In this document: positions 56,652 through 61,128 of the stretch, one piece after another | Position numbering within the stretch: position 1 is the stretch's first letter | Layout of the letters: each line of letters opens with the position of its first letter | IMG/VR virus record: IMGVR_UViG_3300025000_000994 | Coordinates: 1-61,128 of that record | Direction: 5' to 3' (one strand) | Length of the DNA stretch: 61,128 bases | Origin: a virus | Taxonomy: Duplodnaviria > Caudoviricetes | Position numbers and translations under genes: made by a program | Notes under the pieces: generated by a model | What the model saw: only the letters and a program-made list of their open reading frames with translations | What the model was told of the DNA's origin: nothing | The model's database searches: none

Positions 56652-56873
56652 TCATACCTTCTTCAAATATTCCGTTGCAAATCCACCTCTCACGCCATCT
56701 AGCAAAACAACTTCACTGCCGCATAAATTCCACGGATCGGATAAACAGGTAAACTCCTTATCCTTGTACTTATCGAGTCTTGATTCAGCACAAGTATGCA
56801 TTATAACTTTGTCGCCTACATGTAGTCCGCTTAGTTTTAGTTTTCTTTGTCTCATTTCAACCTCTCCCTTCAT
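56652..56873 (-). CDS. Small SH3-like phage protein
   Basis: VGDKVIMHTC. Confidence 0.5.
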   Translation of the reverse strand: MKGEVEMRQRKLKLSGLHVGDKVIMHTCAESRLDKYKDKEFTCLSDPWNLCGSEVVLLDGVRGGFATEYLKKV

Positions 56874-57054
56874 AATTTAAAATCAATATGCCTTTCCTTG
56901 CTCCCTATCGGCTTGCTTGCCTCCTGCTTGTCCAACGCTGTGTTAACCACGCAAAGCATATACCCAGTTCCACCCGCTATCATCATGCACAGGATGGTGG
57001 CAATAAGGATTTTGATAAATGGGTGCAAATCGTGTAAAATCATGATGTAGCCTC

Positions 57055-57261
57055 CTAACCTCTTGTCCTGCGTTCCATCTTCCTGCGCTTGCTTTGACTT
57101 CTGCGAGCGTTGTAGCCTAATTCCGCATTGCCGTCAAAATAATGTCCTCTGCCACCCATTGATTCAACTGGAGTATACGCCTTTGTGCCTTGCAATGCGC
57201 CGAATAAACTTGCAAGTAAGCCTACCTTCTTTGCGCTTGTTACTTTTGATGATGTCTGCAT
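57055..57261 (-). CDS. Small basic protein
   Basis: RBS AGGAGG; syntenic with 14028-14282. Confidence 0.5.
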   Translation of the reverse strand: MQTSSKVTSAKKVGLLASLFGALQGTKAYTPVESMGGRGHYFDGNAELGYNARRSQSKRRKMERRTRG

Positions 57262-57543
57262 CTTAACCCCTCCTATAAATTTATTAGCCTTTCGGCTGGT
57301 AGCGGGCTTGGATGAACCCGCCAGAACCGCTTAGAAACTTTACAAATGAAATGTAATTATCAGCCGGCTTTATTTGTCCGGCGCATGGGCATCACCTACC
57401 TTTCTGTGGAAACTACCAATATTTCAAAATAGCAATTATCGCTTTAAATAGCCATTTCAGACAAAAACCTGCAAATACAAGGTATCCAATAATTAGAACA
57501 CTTAAGACGATTGCAACCGGGATTGTGATATTTTCCATCTCCA

Positions 57544-57678
57544 TCACTCCCCTTCCTCCCCTATATCCACTATCCGCCCATCTCGGACGATAAAATATGT
57601 GCCTGTCAACCTGTACCAGTCTGCGAACCAGTGTATGCCGGTTTGCTCGTTGAGGATGATTGATTTTTCAAGTGGCAT
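57544..57678 (-). CDS. Conserved 44-aa protein (copy B)
   Basis: Near-identical to 14971-15105. Confidence 0.7.
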   Translation of the reverse strand: MPLEKSIILNEQTGIHWFADWYRLTGTYFIVRDGRIVDIGEEGE

Positions 57679-57716
57679 GTGAGACTCCTTTGTGTGGATT
57701 GTCTTGTTATTACGAA

Positions 57717-58847
57717 TTAACCCAATAAACTCATTTGACCTCTGATCTGGTTTTTGTATTCACGCAGCCGCTCGGCTTCCTTTTTCTGTTTGAGGGCCTT
57801 ATAATTGTTGTATTGCTGACGGTATCTGTAGCTATCACCAAACACATTCCACGCCGCCTTTACCAAATTTGGCTCAAACGGTCGTATCTTCTCTAAATCC
57901 TCTACTGCCCTTGCTGATATAGAACAACCACAACAACCTGTGCGCTTTAAGCCGTATACCTCATAAGCATCTGAGTATCTAATTTTGTGATAATCTTTGT
58001 ACCACTGCTTGTCCGCATCAGACACGTAATATAGTGGTCTAAGCCGATATTGCCCATCTGCCGTCTCGGCAAAACACATGGCCGTATTATCCTTGCGCGG
58101 GACAGATCGCATGCCGCCCTCGTCCCTGCGTTCGCCCGTAATTACCATGTCAAACGGCTTTTGGACGCTATGTGCAAGTTGCTTTTTGCAGCAATCACAA
58201 CATTTGTTGCTGACTTTAAACGAGATTGGATTCTCTTTGATGAAGTCCAGCATATACTTTGATGAATTTATAACCAGTTGAATATCGGGTCTGGGTTCTC
58301 CCTTGGAATTGCAGCAGCATAGGAAATTAATCGTTGTTTCGCACCCCGGATATCGTTTTTTAAGTTCCGCGCGTTTTGCCACCTTATCCTCTGCGTCTGC
58401 GTATTCTGCAGCGATCGATAGCGGGATGTTTTTCTTCTGAATTCCTTCGAGCCCGGCTGACATGATCTTCGATACAAACGGCTGACCATATTCCCTCGTG
58501 GCCTGTACTATGTTCTTCTTGGGTCGATGATCTCCAATTGTGATGCCGTACAACTCCTCCATTTTGCGTACATGGCGTTTTGTTGCCTCCATTTCAAGCC
58601 CGGTGTTAAAAAAGCAGTATTGGATAGGTGGGAGATTGAAAGTCTTACGCACGGTCTCGATTAAATGCAACATGATATCGCTGTCGCTACCTCCAGAATA
58701 AGAGCAAATCGCATTCGGATATTCAATCAACCTTTTGGCTATGATGCTTTTTATTGCCTCAAATTTGCGCGGCGCTTCAAAATCTGCGTACGGTGGCCTG
58801 TCTGTGTATACTCTACTTTTAAATTCTGTGTTCTTATTGGATCCCAT
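57717..58847 (-). CDS. PAPS-reductase-family (PP-loop, Fe-S) protein
   Basis: SYSGGSDS, CCDCCKK, TGERRDEG and RTGCCGC. Confidence 0.8.
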   Translation of the reverse strand: MGSNKNTEFKSRVYTDRPPYADFEAPRKFEAIKSIIAKRLIEYPNAICSYSGGSDSDIMLHLIETVRKTFNLPPIQYCFFNTGLEMEATKRHVRKMEELYGITIGDHRPKKNIVQATREYGQPFVSKIMSAGLEGIQKKNIPLSIAAEYADAEDKVAKRAELKKRYPGCETTINFLCCCNSKGEPRPDIQLVINSSKYMLDFIKENPISFKVSNKCCDCCKKQLAHSVQKPFDMVITGERRDEGGMRSVPRKDNTAMCFAETADGQYRLRPLYYVSDADKQWYKDYHKIRYSDAYEVYGLKRTGCCGCSISARAVEDLEKIRPFEPNLVKAAWNVFGDSYRYRQQYNNYKALKQKKEAERLREYKNQIRGQMSLLG

Positions 58848-58891
58848 ATAAAACCTCACTTTTTATTGCGCAATATTTATAAACTCCGTAC

Positions 58892-59320
58892 CTACTCCAC
58901 CTCCCACACTTCAAGCCATACCCTCCCAAACTCAAAACATTCCTCCGCACTCCCCATATACACATCCAGCCTTCCCCTTGTAATATCCCCGCCGCAATCC
59001 ATCACCGTGAATACTCTGTCAAAGTAGGGTATATACAGTTTCGTCCCTATCGGATATTCCTTCAGCCATGCCGCTATAAATCCGTCCTGCACACGTTCCC
59101 CGCTTGCCGTTATGCCGTATGTGGGGTCGCTCGGCTTCTTGCCGCAGGAACCTTCCCAATAGGCGGTACATTCCATTATGCGGCGGTCAACTCGCTCTGT
59201 GCCTCTGCTGGGCTTGTCCTGTTGTTCCTGCGCCTCTTTAACCTGTGCCGATAATTCATAAACTTGCTTCCGATTACTGGCCTTTTCTTTTGTTCTTCCA
59301 GGTTCCATGCCTTCCACCAT
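58892..59320 (-). CDS. 3D-domain protein (start uncertain)
   Basis: CTAYW..YGITASG..MDCGG..LDVY. Confidence 0.75.
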   Translation of the reverse strand: MVEGMEPGRTKEKASNRKQVYELSAQVKEAQEQQDKPSRGTERVDRRIMECTAYWEGSCGKKPSDPTYGITASGERVQDGFIAAWLKEYPIGTKLYIPYFDRVFTVMDCGGDITRGRLDVYMGSAEECFEFGRVWLEVWEVE

Positions 59321-59413
59321 CCCTGGACTTCTTTGACGACCTTCACAATAGCGATCAGGCAGGCGGCGATGATGATAAGCAGGAATATGCTGAATGTATC
59401 CATGGCGGACCTC

Positions 59414-60013
59414 CTAACCTTTCGGAGCATCGAGCATGGCAGCCTTTTCTTGCAAAGCTCTAAGCATTTCCGGTATATTAAGCCTTTGAATTATGTCGAT
59501 TGAAAGTTGATTTTTAAGTGTCGCTTCAAGAGTTTTGACAATGGTTTCCTCTGCGTCTTTGCGAGCTGTCTGAATCATTTTACTTACCTTTGACGCAAGC
59601 TCTTTTTCGAGGTACTTTTTGATGAAGTATTCATTGATGGACAATTTAGCATCATTTGAATATCTTGGTTCACAACCGTTTTCATCAAACACTTTTTTAT
59701 TAAGGAAACTTTCGTATTGCATACCAACAAACTTGCTCATGGGTATCATTTCAACCTTTGAATCCCAACTATTGCCCTTATGAGGAATTTTCATATTCTC
59801 AATTTTGCCCCTCAAAGTATCATTGAGAAATTCGTCAATAACCTTGCCTGTTGTCTCTTGAATTGTACTGCTTAGTTCTTTTGTGATTTCCTTTGTGGCA
59901 TCGGCTGTTATTTTGGATTTTAAAGACGATATGACTTCCTGCTTTATCGTGTCGTCTATTCCTCCACCTTCTTCCAACCAATCCAGTTCTACTTCAATGC
60001 TAAACTTAGCCAT
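59414..60013 (-). CDS. Phage hypothetical protein
   Basis: RBS GGGAGG; 199 aa, helical. Confidence 0.7.
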   Translation of the reverse strand: MAKFSIEVELDWLEEGGGIDDTIKQEVISSLKSKITADATKEITKELSSTIQETTGKVIDEFLNDTLRGKIENMKIPHKGNSWDSKVEMIPMSKFVGMQYESFLNKKVFDENGCEPRYSNDAKLSINEYFIKKYLEKELASKVSKMIQTARKDAEETIVKTLEATLKNQLSIDIIQRLNIPEMLRALQEKAAMLDAPKG

Positions 60014-60019
60014 CCTAAC

Positions 60020-60214
60020 CTCCCTATAAATTTATTTAGTTTCGGAGAGGACAGTCGCGACCTGCCTCTCCATTCCGTTGTACATACTGCCCAGGACTTA
60101 ATACCCTTTTTTATTCGGCTTTCGCCTGCTCTTATGGGTTTTGGTGGAAGATATGAGATTGGTTACTCACACTCTCCCAGATAAAGCGGGCGAACCTCAT
60201 TGATTAGCCCGCTT
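60020..60214 (-). ncRNA. Conserved structured intergenic RNA, copy B (minihelix at 60142-60178)
   Basis: Homologous to 14290-14481. Confidence 0.55.
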
Positions 60215-60270
60215 GTGTTATATTTAAATTTGTTGCTAGGCCGTATCGTGCGCCTCTCCGATGGAGTACG

Positions 60271-60408
60271 TTAGACGAATCCGCTTGGGTATCCGACTAC
60301 ATTTGAACGCTGTACTGGCTTGGTAAAGTAGTGGCATTGAACAAACTCAAACGGTTTAATGTAACACTTCAACGCCTCAAACCAGCTGTACCCGAAAATT
60401 CCATCCAT
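60271..60408 (-). CDS. Conserved 45-aa microprotein (copy B)
   Basis: RBS GGAGG; homologous to 14502-14642. Confidence 0.7.
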   Translation of the reverse strand: MDGIFGYSWFEALKCYIKPFEFVQCHYFTKPVQRSNVVGYPSGFV

Positions 60409-60601
60409 CCCTTTACCTCCGACACTTTTATTCTTTAGCTCAGCACGACCGACCGCGCGCTTTAATTATCTGCGAGCTTCACAAGTGGGCTTTATGGATA
60501 AACCCGCCAGAACCGCTTAGAAACTTTACAAATAAAAAATAAAATAATAATTATCAGCCGGCTTTATTTGTCCGGCGCATGGACATCACCTACCTTTCAA
60601 G

Positions 60602-60937
60602 TTATGCCATTATTTGCTCGCCACAATTTGGGCATTCCCTGTATAGCCAGTTACGTTTCCAAAAGCTCCACCCTTCGCACATTGCCATATCGTGAATAGT
60701 TAGCGGTATAAACTGGCCCTTAACCTCGCCCGTGATGTCGTAGTAGCTGTTTCCTATTTTTGTAACAATGTGGTCTTTCGTTTGAATAAAATAAGGCTCT
60801 GCATCGGGATAAATTACCCTTAAAAACTTGTAGAATTGATAGCAACCGCCGTTAAGATATATTTTCTCGATGTAGATAATGTCTGTATTTCTTAATGCAT
60901 CTATAAGGGTTATAGGGTTCAAATCCACCGTTATCAC
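60602..60937 (-). CDS. Hypothetical protein with GGCY motif
   Basis: YLNGGCYQF..HIVTKIG..YYDITG. Confidence 0.65.
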   Translation of the reverse strand: MITVDLNPITLIDALRNTDIIYIEKIYLNGGCYQFYKFLRVIYPDAEPYFIQTKDHIVTKIGNSYYDITGEVKGQFIPLTIHDMAMCEGWSFWKRNWLYRECPNCGEQIMA

Positions 60938-60961
60938 CTACCTTTGTGTGGATAATCTTGT

Positions 60962-61128
60962 TTATACACAATTACAATTATCACCTCTGGCTGTGATTGC
61001 GCCATTCGCCACCCTGGAATCTAAAAATTTACCAGTATCAGTACCCTTTACACATTCAAAGCCATTTGCACCGCAAACAAGGTATCGGCAGCATTCATTG
61101 CCCTGTCCTATTTTGCATACGGTTTTTA
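60962..61128 (-). CDS. Small Cys-rich protein (5' end cut by the window edge)
   Basis: Near-identical to 15135-15335. Confidence 0.7.
   Translation of the reverse strand, partial: KTVCKIGQGNECCRYLVCGANGFECVKGTDTGKFLDSRVANGAITARGDNCNCV

Larger units (their letters stand above)
20551..61128. mobile_element. Prophage B (partial): accessory, lysis, podovirus-like structural, packaging and early genes
   Basis: Holin/amidase, portal, terminases, capsid, tail genes and a second replication module paralogous to that of prophage A. Confidence 0.9.

Noticed and set aside
60947-60955. DnaA box TTATCCACA
   Set aside because: Single copy, better explained as part of a 24-bp boundary site
1-61128. Single circularly permuted phage genome
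   Set aside because: Two distinct initiators, origins, RusA-like genes and recombination modules indicate two phages

Overview
The window (about 40% GC, Bacillota/Clostridia-type signals) holds two related temperate prophages in tandem, both transcribed mainly on the minus strand. Prophage A (1-~20.57 kb, partial) contributes early/replication genes, the cI/cro switch and a tyrosine integrase. Prophage B (~20.55 kb to the end, partial) contributes att-proximal accessory genes, lysis genes, a podovirus-like virion module with no tape measure, terminases and a second, mosaically related early region. The junction looks like a hybrid attP whose core overlaps a tRNA-like 5' fragment. Main observations: (1) a family of 24-bp pseudo-palindromic 8-8-8 sites (about TTCGCAAT-N8-ATTGCGAA) sits at stop codons or RBSs of swappable early genes and in frame at domain junctions of two tail proteins, suggesting a cassette-exchange system; (2) an independently expressed, signal-peptide-bearing paralogue of the neighbouring tail needle/spike; (3) a Tad1-like sponge inside a terS-terL insertion; (4) a conserved structured RNA containing a tRNA-Ala-like minihelix; (5) an internal Prp-type cleavage motif in a probable ejection protein. 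All calls were made by eye from motifs and synteny; no database searches were run.
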